Origin: Thermoplasmata archaeon
GTDB lineage: Archaea; Thermoplasmatota; Thermoplasmata; Lutacidiplasmatales; UBA184
Direction: 5' to 3'
Assembly (NCBI GenBank): GCA_035632035.1
Contig: DASQHP010000059.1
Span: 1-57,552, forward strand
DNA: 57,552 bases
Part shown: positions 1 through 7,756 of the stretch, piece after piece
How the letters are laid out: each line of letters begins with the position of its first letter
Position numbering within the stretch: position 1 is the stretch's first letter
Program-made: the position numbers and the translations under genes
Notes under the pieces: generated by a model
Seen by the model: only the letters and a program-made list of their open reading frames with translations
Database searches by the model: none
What the model was told of the DNA's origin: nothing

Positions 1-218
1 TGTTCCTCTCGGGAACGTTCTTCCCGGTCTCGAGCTTCCCGGCCTACCTCCAGAACATCGCCCACGCCCTCCCGCTCTACTACGTCATCGACGGCCTCAA
101 CGCGGGGATCCTCTTCGGCAACTCGGCCACCGCCCTGCAGGCCGGCGTGATCGTCACCGTGCTCGCGGCCATCACCTTCTTCGCGGCGACCCGAGTCTTC
201 GGTTGGCGGGAAGGCTAG
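1..218 (+). CDS. ABC-2-type transporter permease, C-terminal fragment (5' end outside window)
   Basis: Frame is open from the window edge (codons from nt 3) to TAG at 216-218. Hydrophobic tail ...FFPVSSFPAYLQNIAHALPLYYVIDGLN...VIVTVLAAITFF resembles ABC-2 permease C-termini. Confidence 0.5.
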   Translation, partial: FLSGTFFPVSSFPAYLQNIAHALPLYYVIDGLNAGILFGNSATALQAGVIVTVLAAITFFAATRVFGWREG

Positions 219-223
219 CCCGC

Positions 224-553
224 TCAGAGCAGCTTTCGGAAGAGGAGCTTGTCCTCGAGCCGGCCGTCGATGGAGAGCTTCCGGGTGACGAGCGCCTTCA
301 TGGGCCCGATCTCCTTCTTCACGAGCCCCTGGAACGTCGCCGTGTCCGTCGTGATCGTGACATCGGCCGGCTCGGCCCCCGAGCGCAGGTTCTGGAGACG
401 TCCGTCCCGGAGATCGACGGCGTAGCTCGGTCCGTCGGTGAGCCGAATGGTGATCGTGCGCTCGAGGCCGGCGAGCTCCTCGCGGACCGCGGGAGTGCGA
501 TCGGCATGCCGATTGAACCGGTCGACCAGACCGGCGAGCGTCTCCTCGATCAT
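224..553 (-). CDS. SCP2 (sterol carrier protein 2-like) domain protein
   Basis: 109-aa ORF. C-terminal ...FQGLVKKEIGPMKALVTRKLSIDGRLEDKLLFRKLL fits the SCP2 fold signature. 4-nt overlap with the rnhB stop (550-553). Confidence 0.8.
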   Translation of the reverse strand: MIEETLAGLVDRFNRHADRTPAVREELAGLERTITIRLTDGPSYAVDLRDGRLQNLRSGAEPADVTITTDTATFQGLVKKEIGPMKALVTRKLSIDGRLEDKLLFRKLL

Positions 554-1302
554 CGGTGGAACGATTCGAGCGTCGGAGCGACCGGTCGAGGTTTAAGTCT
601 TCGCATCGTCCGCCACGATTGGCGCACCCACGGGGGCGCCGGCGCGCCGGTCCGGAGGATCTCGCGGACGAACGCACAGGTCAGCTCGTCCGACGGGTAG
701 CCGCTCCCGAGCCGCTCTCCGACCGCCGATCGCAAGCGGGCCACGGCCCGGTCCCGGCGGACCTTGGCGACGATGGACGCCGCGGCCACGACGGGATACG
801 TTTCGTCGGCACGGTGCTCGGAAACGATCGGGATGTCCAGCCGGGCCCAGCTCAGCACCTCCTGGCCGAAGCGTTCTGCGACCGGATCGCATGCATCGAC
901 GTAGACCGCGGACGGACCGGCCCGCCGCACGAGGCGGCCGAACACCTCGGCCTCGAGGTGATTGAGCCGACCTCGGCGGACGTGGGCGTCCACGACGGAC
1001 GGCGGCAGGGGGACGGAGAAGCGACGGCCGAGCCGTCCGAGGGCGGCATAGACGGTCTCTCGCCGCTCGGGAGAGAGCTGCTTCGAGTCGCGAACTCCGG
1101 CGGCGACCAATGAGTCCAGTCGGTCGGCCCGCAGCGCGAAACCGCCGACCACGAGCGGTCCGATGAGGCTCCCCCGGCCGGCTTCGTCCAGGCCGAGGAT
1201 GAGGGAGTCGGACGTGTACTGGGTGGACGACCCCGCTCGTGGCCCGGATCGGGCTTCGGTCACCCGCCGGACCCGAGCCCGGCTCTTCCCGATCGGGGCC
1301 AC
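550..1302 (-). CDS. rnhB: Ribonuclease HII
   Basis: ILGLDEAGRGSLIGPLVVGG (DEAGRG catalytic motif) and SIVAKVRRD. GTG start at 1302 lies 25-30 nt from a TTATAC box. The ~35-aa N-terminal extension leaves the start uncertain (alternative GTG at 1263). Confidence 0.9.
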   Translation of the reverse strand: MAPIGKSRARVRRVTEARSGPRAGSSTQYTSDSLILGLDEAGRGSLIGPLVVGGFALRADRLDSLVAAGVRDSKQLSPERRETVYAALGRLGRRFSVPLPPSVVDAHVRRGRLNHLEAEVFGRLVRRAGPSAVYVDACDPVAERFGQEVLSWARLDIPIVSEHRADETYPVVAAASIVAKVRRDRAVARLRSAVGERLGSGYPSDELTCAFVREILRTGAPAPPWVRQSWRTMRRLKPRPVAPTLESFHR

Positions 1303-1326
1303 CTGAGCCGTACTCCGACAAGCTTC

Positions 1327-1332
1327 TTATAC
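1327..1332. promoter_or_regulatory. AT-rich TATA-like box (TTATAC) shared by divergent rnhB and rps8e
   Basis: It is the only AT-rich element in the 63-nt intergenic region. It lies 25-30 nt from the rnhB GTG and about 36 nt from the rps8e ATG. Confidence 0.4.
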
Positions 1333-1365
1333 CGAACCCTGCTCGCAACGCTCCACCTCGCGCCC

Positions 1366-1764
1366 ATGGGGATCTGGCAGGGTCGTTCACGCCGCAAGCG
1401 CACGGGCGGACGCCTTCGGCCGATCCGCAAGAAGCGACGGTTCGAGATCTCCCGCGAGCTCCAGCACGCCACCATCGGCGCAGGAACCGTGAAGCACTAC
1501 CGCGTGCGCGGGGCCAACGAGAAGCTGCGCATCCTCACGACGCAGAAGGTGAACGTGTACGACCCGGCGACGAAGTCGATGAAGGTCGCCTCCGTCGTCA
1601 CGGTCCGAGAGAATCCGGCCAACCCGAACTACGTGCAACGGAACATCATCACGCGAGGGGCCATCCTGGAGACGGACCTGGGGCTCGTGGAGGTCCGCTC
1701 GCGCCCCGGCCAGCACGGGATCCTGAACGCCGTGCGCGTCGCCAAAGCCTCCTCGGCCGCGTAG
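1366..1764 (+). CDS. rps8e: 30S ribosomal protein S8e
   Basis: MGIWQGRSRRKRTGG...NPNYVQRNIITRGAIL is typical of archaeal eS8. Length 132 aa. Confidence 0.95.
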   Translation: MGIWQGRSRRKRTGGRLRPIRKKRRFEISRELQHATIGAGTVKHYRVRGANEKLRILTTQKVNVYDPATKSMKVASVVTVRENPANPNYVQRNIITRGAILETDLGLVEVRSRPGQHGILNAVRVAKASSAA

Positions 1765-1780
1765 GGCCGCTGGAGGGCGA

Positions 1781-2080
1781 ATGCCCGACTTCTTCTACAT
1801 CTACCCCGCCTACCTCGACCGGCAGGGTTCCCGCGGTCAGGGTCGCCGGGTGGGGGCCGCCGAGGCGTCGGAGGAAGTGACCGCCGAGAAGGTCCTGGCC
1901 GCCGCGAAATCGCTCGGCTTCTCCGCGCAGCTCGAGAACGCCAAGCAGTACCCCCGTCAGTACTACACGTTCGCCGGTCGTGTCAAGGTCGAGAAGCGAA
2001 CGGGCGTGACGAAGACCGCCGCTCTTCGCGCCATCGCGAAGGCGCTCCGGACCGGCGCGGCCGCTCCGGAGGAGAAGTAG
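1781..2080 (+). CDS. srp19: Signal recognition particle protein SRP19
   Basis: 99 aa. N-terminal FFYIYPAYLDRQGSRGQGRRV matches the SRP19 signature (I-Y-P-x-Y-x-D...SR..GRRV). Confidence 0.85.
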   Translation: MPDFFYIYPAYLDRQGSRGQGRRVGAAEASEEVTAEKVLAAAKSLGFSAQLENAKQYPRQYYTFAGRVKVEKRTGVTKTAALRAIAKALRTGAAAPEEK

Positions 2081-2875
2081 ATGGAGGGACCCGCGACCGT
2101 CTACTTCGCCGGGACCGCCGGCGCGGGGAAGACCCATCTCGTGAAGGCGTTCGGGGCGTGGCTCAAGAGCGCCGGGTACGACCCGATCGTCGTCAACCTC
2201 GACCCCGGCAACGAGACCACCGAGCTCCAGCCGGACATCGACATTCGCGAGTGGGTCCGGCTGGACGAGGTGATGGACGAGTACTCGCTCGGACCGAACG
2301 GGGCCCAGGTCGCCGCCTCGGACATGATCGCCCTCAAGGTGTTCGATGTCCGCCAGGCGGTCTCCGAGCTGAAGGCCGACTACGTCCTCGTGGATACGCC
2401 CGGCCAGGTCGAGCTGTTCGCGTTCCGGGAGTCGTCGAAGGCGATCGTGGACGCGCTCTCCGGCGACCGGTCCGCCATCGCCTTCCTGTTCGACCCGTCG
2501 CTCGCTCGCTCCGCCTCAGGATTCGTCTCGCTCCTCATGCTCTCGGCGACGGTGGAGTTCCGGTTCCGCCTCCCCCTCGTCAACGTGCTATCGAAGGCCG
2601 ACATCCTCACACCCGAACAGGTCGAGGAGATCGTCGGCTGGGGCGACGACTCGGAGCGCCTCCTCGAGGCGGTGACCCGAGAGAGCCCGACCCCCGACGT
2701 GCAGCTCTCCGCCGAGGTCCTCCGGGCCGTGAGCGCGCTCTCCCCGGTGGGGAACCTCCTTCCGACCTCGGTCGAGGACCAGCGCGGCCTCGAGGCGCTC
2801 TACCACTCGCTCCAGCTATCGTTCGCCGGCGGCGACGACCTCGAGGCGTCCCACGCCCCACCCGAAGGCAACTGA
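2081..2875 (+). CDS. GPN-loop GTPase
   Basis: Walker A GTAGAGKTH, the GPN motif in NLDPGNE, and DTPGQVELF. The start abuts the srp19 stop. Confidence 0.9.
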   Translation: MEGPATVYFAGTAGAGKTHLVKAFGAWLKSAGYDPIVVNLDPGNETTELQPDIDIREWVRLDEVMDEYSLGPNGAQVAASDMIALKVFDVRQAVSELKADYVLVDTPGQVELFAFRESSKAIVDALSGDRSAIAFLFDPSLARSASGFVSLLMLSATVEFRFRLPLVNVLSKADILTPEQVEEIVGWGDDSERLLEAVTRESPTPDVQLSAEVLRAVSALSPVGNLLPTSVEDQRGLEALYHSLQLSFAGGDDLEASHAPPEGN

Positions 2876-2876
2876 C

Positions 2877-3179
2877 CTAGTCCTCGGTGAAGAAGAGGCC
2901 CATGCCCGTCGAGGCGTTCTCTTCCTCCTCCTTGAACCGGCGGTACACGGGCTCGGCGTCGGCCGGAGCGGGTTTCACGCCGACCGCGGCGAGCAGTTCA
3001 TCGGCCCGGCGCATCGCCGCGTCCGAACCCTCCAGAAGCACGTAGAGCGACCCGGATGGGCCGCCCGCCGCGGCGGCATCGCGGACCTTGTGGCTCTGGC
3101 GGGAGAGGAGGTCGTCCCGCAGGACCGCCTCCATCTCGGACTTCTTGGTGGTCGGCACCACGAACAGGGTCCACGCCAT
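2877..3179 (-). CDS. Hypothetical 100-aa protein with acidic, stalk-like C-terminal tail
   Basis: ATG at 3179 lies 22-27 nt from an AT-rich box. Coding-like composition. C-terminus is KEEEENASTGMGLFFTED. I recognise no family. Confidence 0.6.
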   Translation of the reverse strand: MAWTLFVVPTTKKSEMEAVLRDDLLSRQSHKVRDAAAAGGPSGSLYVLLEGSDAAMRRADELLAAVGVKPAPADAEPVYRRFKEEEENASTGMGLFFTED

Positions 3180-3200
3180 CGGCCGGCCGACCCCGCCCCC

Positions 3201-3212
3201 CTATTTGGGGTT
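3201..3212 (-). promoter_or_regulatory. Promoter element AACCCCAAATAG (minus strand) for the 2877-3179 gene
   Basis: The AAATAG part lies 22-27 nt upstream of the ATG at 3179. It is a mirror copy of 3236-3246. Confidence 0.45.
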
Positions 3213-3235
3213 CGTGGTCGCGCGGGCTTGGGACA

Positions 3236-3246
3236 AACCCCAATAG
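3236..3246 (+). promoter_or_regulatory. Promoter element AACCCCAATAG for the TraB-family gene
   Basis: The AATAG part lies 23-27 nt upstream of the ATG at 3269. Confidence 0.45.
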
Positions 3247-3268
3247 CCCCACACGAGCTAGATAGCCC

Positions 3269-3988
3269 ATGTTCGCGCGGACGACGGAGGCACCGGTGCT
3301 GCTCATCGGAGCGGCCCACGTCGTCGACCTCGACCAGTCGATCCGCCAGGCGCTCCAGGACCGGCCGCTCGACGCCATCGCGGTCGAGCTGGATGCCGAA
3401 CGGGCTACGGCGGTCCTCTCGGCCCCGGCCTCTCTCGGTCGAACGCGCCGGGGCGCGCCGTTCTTCCTCCAGCTGTGGTCGACCATTCAGCGCCGGCTGG
3501 GCGAACAGATCGGCGCGGGCGTGCCCGGGGCCGAGATGCGCACCGCGGCGATGCTCGCGAAGGAGCGCGGGATCCCGCTCCTCCTGATCGACGACCCGAT
3601 CCGGGAGACGCTGGGCCGGCTCGTCCGGTCCCTGACGTTCAAGGAGCGTGTGTCGCTCCTGCTAGGGTCGATCGTCGGGCTGCTGATCCCGCCGCGGGTG
3701 GTTGAGCGCGAGATCGACCGGTACACCGAGACGCCCCAGGACTACCTGGAGCAGGTGCGTCGGGCCTACCCCACCGTCGCGCGGGTCCTCCTGGACGACC
3801 GGAACGAGAACATGGCCCGGCGGCTGGCCACCATGCGCGCGGAAGGCTACGGCCGGATCGCGGCGGTGGTCGGGGACGCGCACGTGACCGGGCTGGCGGC
3901 AGCCCTGCGGCGTCGCTCGGTGCCGGTTGAGACCCTGGGGTTCAAGGAGCTGCGGGAGCTCAAAGCACCGTCAGCTGGCTCTTCTTAG
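3269..3988 (+). CDS. TraB/PrgY-family protein
   Basis: LLIGAAHVVD (variant of the GTxH motif) near the N-terminus and VVGDAHVTGL near the C-terminus, as in TraB family proteins. Confidence 0.75.
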   Translation: MFARTTEAPVLLIGAAHVVDLDQSIRQALQDRPLDAIAVELDAERATAVLSAPASLGRTRRGAPFFLQLWSTIQRRLGEQIGAGVPGAEMRTAAMLAKERGIPLLLIDDPIRETLGRLVRSLTFKERVSLLLGSIVGLLIPPRVVEREIDRYTETPQDYLEQVRRAYPTVARVLLDDRNENMARRLATMRAEGYGRIAAVVGDAHVTGLAAALRRRSVPVETLGFKELRELKAPSAGSS

Positions 3989-4829
3989 CGTCGTCCATCG
4001 CGGCCAGGAACGCGCGCGTGTAGGCGTCGAGCGCCGGTGCCGAGTACTGGGCGATGGCACCGGCGTCGCCCTCAATCGAGATGGCGGGGTCGACGGGCAA
4101 TTGCGCGACGATGGGCACGCCGTACTCCTCGGCCACCGCGGCGACCCGGCTCGGCCCGAAGAGGTCGATCCGGTGCTGGCAGTGGGGGCAGTCGAGGAAC
4201 GCCATGTTCTCCACGATGCCCAGCAGGGGAACGTGGAGGTCGCGGGCCATGTTCATCGCCTTCTTGACGATCAGCGCGGCGAGTTCCTGCGGGGTGAAGA
4301 CGAACAGCATTCCGTCGATCGGGATCGTCTGGAACACCGTCAGCGGGACATCGCTCGTTCCGGGCGGCATGTCGATCAACAGGTAGTCGAGCGGGCCCCA
4401 GTTCACTCCTCCGAAGAACTGGATGATGAGTCGCGTGACGAGCGGACCGCGCCAGATGACCGGGGTCTGCTCGTCCTCGACCAGGAACTGCGACGAGACC
4501 ACCGGCACTCCGGTCGGGGTGCGGGCCGGTTCGATCCCCTCCCCCCGGTCGACCAGGGGGCCGGTGAGTCCGAACAACTTAGGGATCGAGGGTCCCGTGA
4601 CGTCCGCGTCCAGGATCCCCACTTTGAAGCCCTGCTTCTGCAATCCGACCGCGAGTAGGGCCGTGGCGGTCGATTTCCCGACACCGCCCTTTCCGGAGCC
4701 CACGGCCACCACGTGTCCGATGTTCCCCTTCGGCATGCGCTGAAGGGTGTTGCCCGCCCGGCGGGGCGGGGCCGATCCCGGCGGGGACGAGGTCGGCCGG
4801 GCTTCGCCCGAGTCGGCGGGAGCCGTCAT
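3960..4829 (-). CDS. Mrp/NBP35/ApbC-family Fe-S cluster carrier ATPase
   Basis: GSGKGGVGKST deviant Walker A and a C-terminal CPHC motif. The longest ORF reaches 4934, but the ATG at 4829 sits 22-28 nt from the TATATAA box. Alternative ATG at 4736. Confidence 0.9.
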   Translation of the reverse strand: MTAPADSGEARPTSSPPGSAPPRRAGNTLQRMPKGNIGHVVAVGSGKGGVGKSTATALLAVGLQKQGFKVGILDADVTGPSIPKLFGLTGPLVDRGEGIEPARTPTGVPVVSSQFLVEDEQTPVIWRGPLVTRLIIQFFGGVNWGPLDYLLIDMPPGTSDVPLTVFQTIPIDGMLFVFTPQELAALIVKKAMNMARDLHVPLLGIVENMAFLDCPHCQHRIDLFGPSRVAAVAEEYGVPIVAQLPVDPAISIEGDAGAIAQYSAPALDAYTRAFLAAMDDAKKSQLTVL

Positions 4830-4850
4830 GTCCGTCCGACGAAACCATGC

Positions 4851-4857
4851 TATATAA
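4851..4857. promoter_or_regulatory. TATATAA box shared by divergent mrp-like and ACS genes
   Basis: Strongest TATA-like sequence in the local region. It lies 22-28 nt from the ATG at 4829 (minus strand) and 36-42 nt from the GTG at 4893 (plus strand). Confidence 0.55.
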
Positions 4858-4892
4858 CCGACCCGAGTCCCGAGGCGGAAGGGCGTGCGGTC

Positions 4893-7112
4893 GTGGCGGT
4901 CGGGTCGTCCAACGAGCTCGCGGAATTGTTCCATCCAGCCTCGATCGCGGTCGTCGGCGCGTCGAACCGCCCCGGTGCCGTCGGCGCGAGCCTGTTCCGC
5001 AACATCCTCACGGCGGGCTACCAGGGCGTCGTCTACCCGGTGAACCCGACCTGGAAGAGCGTCTCAGGGGTCCGGTGCTTCCCCTCCATCGACGATCTGC
5101 CCGAGACCCCCGACCTCGCGGTGATCATCGTGCCCGCGGCCCAGGTGGCGAAGGTCGTCGAGGAGGCCGGCCGGCGCGGGACCAAGGGGGTCGTCGTTAT
5201 CTCCTCCGGCTTTCGCGAGGTCGGCGGGCCCGGGGTCGACCTCGAGCGCGACCTCGTGCGGGTCGTGACGGCCCACAAGATGTCCCTCGTCGGGCCGAAC
5301 TGCTTCGGGGTCATCAACACGGACCCGACGGTGAGCCTCAACGCGACGTTCTCCGAATCGCTGCCGCCCGGTGGCAACATCGCGTTCGTGTCGCAGAGCG
5401 GTGCCCTGTGCGCGGGGATCCTCCAGTACGCCGTCTCGGAGCGGATCGGCTTCTCCCGGTTCATCTCGGTAGGGAACCGCGCGGGCATCGACGAGAACGA
5501 CCTCCTCCACTCGCTCGGCCGCGACCCCGCGACCAAGGTGATCCTCCTCTACATCGAGAGCCTGGCCGACGGGCGCCGCTTCCTCGAGACGGCGCGCGAG
5601 GTCACCGAGCACAAGCCGGTCCTCGTGATCAAGTCGGGTCGGTCAGCGGCGGGCGAGCGAGCCGCGAAGAGCCACACGGGTTCCCTCGCGCAGTCCCGGC
5701 AGGACGGCCTCTTCGACGCGCTGTTCGAGCAGGCCGGGGTGCTGCGGGCCGAGACCATCGGGGACCTGTTCCGGATGGCGAAGATCTTCTCGACCGGCCT
5801 TCGGCTCGAGGGACCGCGCCTCGCGATCCTGACCAACTCGGGCGGTCCGGGGATCGTCGCTGCGGACGCGTGTGCGCGGAACGGGCTCGAGCTACCGGCG
5901 CTTCCCACCATCGTCCGGGAATCGCTCGCGAAGCGCCTCTCGCCGTCCTCCGCGCTCGGGAATCCCGTCGACATGACCGCGGATGCGAAGCCCGAGCAGT
6001 ACCGGGACTCCCTCCGCCTTCTCCTGGAGACCCCCGAGATGAACGGGGCGCTCGTCATCGCGACCCCCGTCGGGACCGCGTCCGGTCGGGCCCTCGCCGA
6101 TGCGATCCTCGGAGGAATGTCCGGCACCGCGAAGCCGGTCGCCGCCTGCCTGTTCGGTCTCTCCGACCTGACGGCGGATGTCCAGTACCTGGAATCCAAC
6201 CACATTCCGACGTTCACCTTCCCCGAGGAGGCGGTGGCGGGGCTCGCGAGTCTTGCGCGCTACCATGCGTGGTGGACCCGGCCCCGGACCGAGGTGCGGA
6301 CGTTCCCCGTCGACCGACGCGCTCTCGCGGAAGCGCTCGCCGCCGCCCGCGAGATGGACACGACCGTCCTCCCCGAGTTCGCGGCGCGTCGGCTCTTGGA
6401 GGCGTACGGCATCCCGTTCGCCCAGTCGCGTCGGGCGAAGGACGTGGACGATGCCGTCGCGGCCGCGGAAGAGATCGGCTACCCCGTTGCGCTCAAGGTG
6501 GCTTCGCCGGACATCTCGCACAAGACCGATGTCGGGGGAGTTGCGCTGGGACTTGGGAGTCCGCGCGAGGTCCGCTCGGCGTGGGCCTCGGTCACGAAAA
6601 CGGTCCGACAGCGGGCCCCGAGCGCCCGGCTGGACGGCTTCGAGGTCGAGCAGATGATCCGGGGGGGGAAGGAGGTACTGGTCGGCGTCCAGCGTGACCC
6701 CGGGTTCGGACCGGTGGTCGTCTTTGGAATGGGCGGGATCTACGTCGAGGTCCTCAAGGACGTCACCTTCCGGCTGGCCCCGATCCGTCCACTGTCCGCG
6801 CAGCACATGGTCGCCTCGGTGAAGGCGTTCCCGCTCCTCAAGGGCGTGCGCGGGGAGCCCCCGAGCGACCTCCCCGCCCTCTACGAGGTGCTGGAGCGAG
6901 TCGGCCAGTTGGCGGTCGACCTGCCCGAGGTGCTGGAGATGGACATCAACCCGCTGATCGTCCGAGCGGCCGGTCAGGGCGTTTGCGCCGTGGACGCCCG
7001 GGTCGTACTCGCTCCGTCTTCCAGATCGGGACCTCCGCCTTCAGACGATCGATCAGCGCCCGCGCCAGCCGGAACGCGTCCGCCCGGTGGGGCGTCGCGG
7101 CGCCGACGATGA
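4893..7112 (+). CDS. Acetyl-CoA synthetase (ADP-forming), fused alpha/beta
   Basis: CoA-binding N-terminus LFHPASIAVVGASNRPGAVG...YPVNP, succinyl-CoA-synthetase-like middle, and ATP-grasp C-terminus (IGYPVALKVASPDISHKTDVGGV). GTG at 4893 chosen because homologues start just before LFxPxSIAVxGAS. The longest ORF starts at 4713. Confidence 0.9.
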   Translation: MAVGSSNELAELFHPASIAVVGASNRPGAVGASLFRNILTAGYQGVVYPVNPTWKSVSGVRCFPSIDDLPETPDLAVIIVPAAQVAKVVEEAGRRGTKGVVVISSGFREVGGPGVDLERDLVRVVTAHKMSLVGPNCFGVINTDPTVSLNATFSESLPPGGNIAFVSQSGALCAGILQYAVSERIGFSRFISVGNRAGIDENDLLHSLGRDPATKVILLYIESLADGRRFLETAREVTEHKPVLVIKSGRSAAGERAAKSHTGSLAQSRQDGLFDALFEQAGVLRAETIGDLFRMAKIFSTGLRLEGPRLAILTNSGGPGIVAADACARNGLELPALPTIVRESLAKRLSPSSALGNPVDMTADAKPEQYRDSLRLLLETPEMNGALVIATPVGTASGRALADAILGGMSGTAKPVAACLFGLSDLTADVQYLESNHIPTFTFPEEAVAGLASLARYHAWWTRPRTEVRTFPVDRRALAEALAAAREMDTTVLPEFAARRLLEAYGIPFAQSRRAKDVDDAVAAAEEIGYPVALKVASPDISHKTDVGGVALGLGSPREVRSAWASVTKTVRQRAPSARLDGFEVEQMIRGGKEVLVGVQRDPGFGPVVVFGMGGIYVEVLKDVTFRLAPIRPLSAQHMVASVKAFPLLKGVRGEPPSDLPALYEVLERVGQLAVDLPEVLEMDINPLIVRAAGQGVCAVDARVVLAPSSRSGPPPSDDRSAPAPAGTRPPGGASRRRR

Positions 7113-7386
7113 CCGACGGGACGCCGACCCCAAGTCGCCCGACCCGGTGCCAGAGCACGACCTGGGCTCCGGGCACCCGGCGTCGGGCCTCCACCTCGAG
7201 CCGCTGCAGCGCGGGAAGCGCCATCCGTTCGTGCGCCTCGTAGTCGAGAGCGACCACCCGACCGTGCTGGGTCGCGTCGGGTCGAACCCGGCCGGCGAAG
7301 ACCACCACGCCCCCGAGACCGGGCTTCGCGATCGCCCGGTACGCGGCGGCCAGGGACAAGGGCGCCCTCTGGATCCGGACGCCCAC
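6946..7386 (-). CDS. moaE: Molybdopterin synthase catalytic subunit MoaE
   Basis: ...GGVVVFAGRVRP...LDYEAHERMA...HRVGRLGVG...PIWKTE is typical of MoaE. The basic C-terminal tail overlaps the ACS 3' end. Confidence 0.9.
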   Translation of the reverse strand: MGVRIQRAPLSLAAAYRAIAKPGLGGVVVFAGRVRPDATQHGRVVALDYEAHERMALPALQRLEVEARRRVPGAQVVLWHRVGRLGVGVPSVIVGAATPHRADAFRLARALIDRLKAEVPIWKTERVRPGRPRRKRPDRPLGRSAG

Positions 7387-7387
7387 G

Positions 7388-7645
7388 TTACCCTCCGCTG
7401 AACGGCGGGTGGATGGCGAGCTCGTCTCCCGGGCCCACCCGGGAGTGACGGTCCCGGACGTAGGAGCCGTTCACCGCGAGACGGCTCGACCGCACGACGG
7501 GCTCGAGCTTCGGGAATTCCCGGCACAGTTCTCTCAGCACCCCATGGAGGTCAGCCCCCTCCTCCGGGACCGTTCGATCGAGCTGAGCGCGACCGACCGC
7601 TTCGCGCGCGCTCGCGAAGAACAGGAGCCGCAGCGGTCGGGGCAC
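7388..7645 (-). CDS. moaD: MoaD/ThiS-family sulfur carrier (beta-grasp, C-terminal GG)
   Basis: 85 aa, ending ...HPPFSGG. Lies directly upstream of moaE. GTG start. Confidence 0.85.
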   Translation of the reverse strand: MPRPLRLLFFASAREAVGRAQLDRTVPEEGADLHGVLRELCREFPKLEPVVRSSRLAVNGSYVRDRHSRVGPGDELAIHPPFSGG

Positions 7646-7725
7646 GCCCCTCGACCCTACCGGGACGGTATCTAGCTTACCCCCCGACAGCCCCCCGAGG
7701 GGGTGTCGCCCATGCGTGAAAACTC

Positions 7726-7733
7726 TCTAATAC
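7726..7733 (+). promoter_or_regulatory. TATA-like box TCTAATAC upstream of korA
   Basis: 24-31 nt upstream of the ATG at 7757 (leaderless geometry). Confidence 0.45.
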
Positions 7734-7756
7734 GCTCCTCCCCTCGAATTGGCTCG

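Noticed and set aside
4713-4892. N-terminal extensions of the longest ORFs. Examples are ACS from 4713, Mrp-like to 4934, korA from 7703, EF-2 from 23792, MoeA from 41157, UvrB from 50860, the methyltransferase to 45999 and the ABC ATPase to 56379.
   Set aside because: The extensions overlap neighbouring genes or promoters, are Arg/Gly/Pro-rich, and precede the positions where homologues begin. Internal starts with TATA or SD context fit better.
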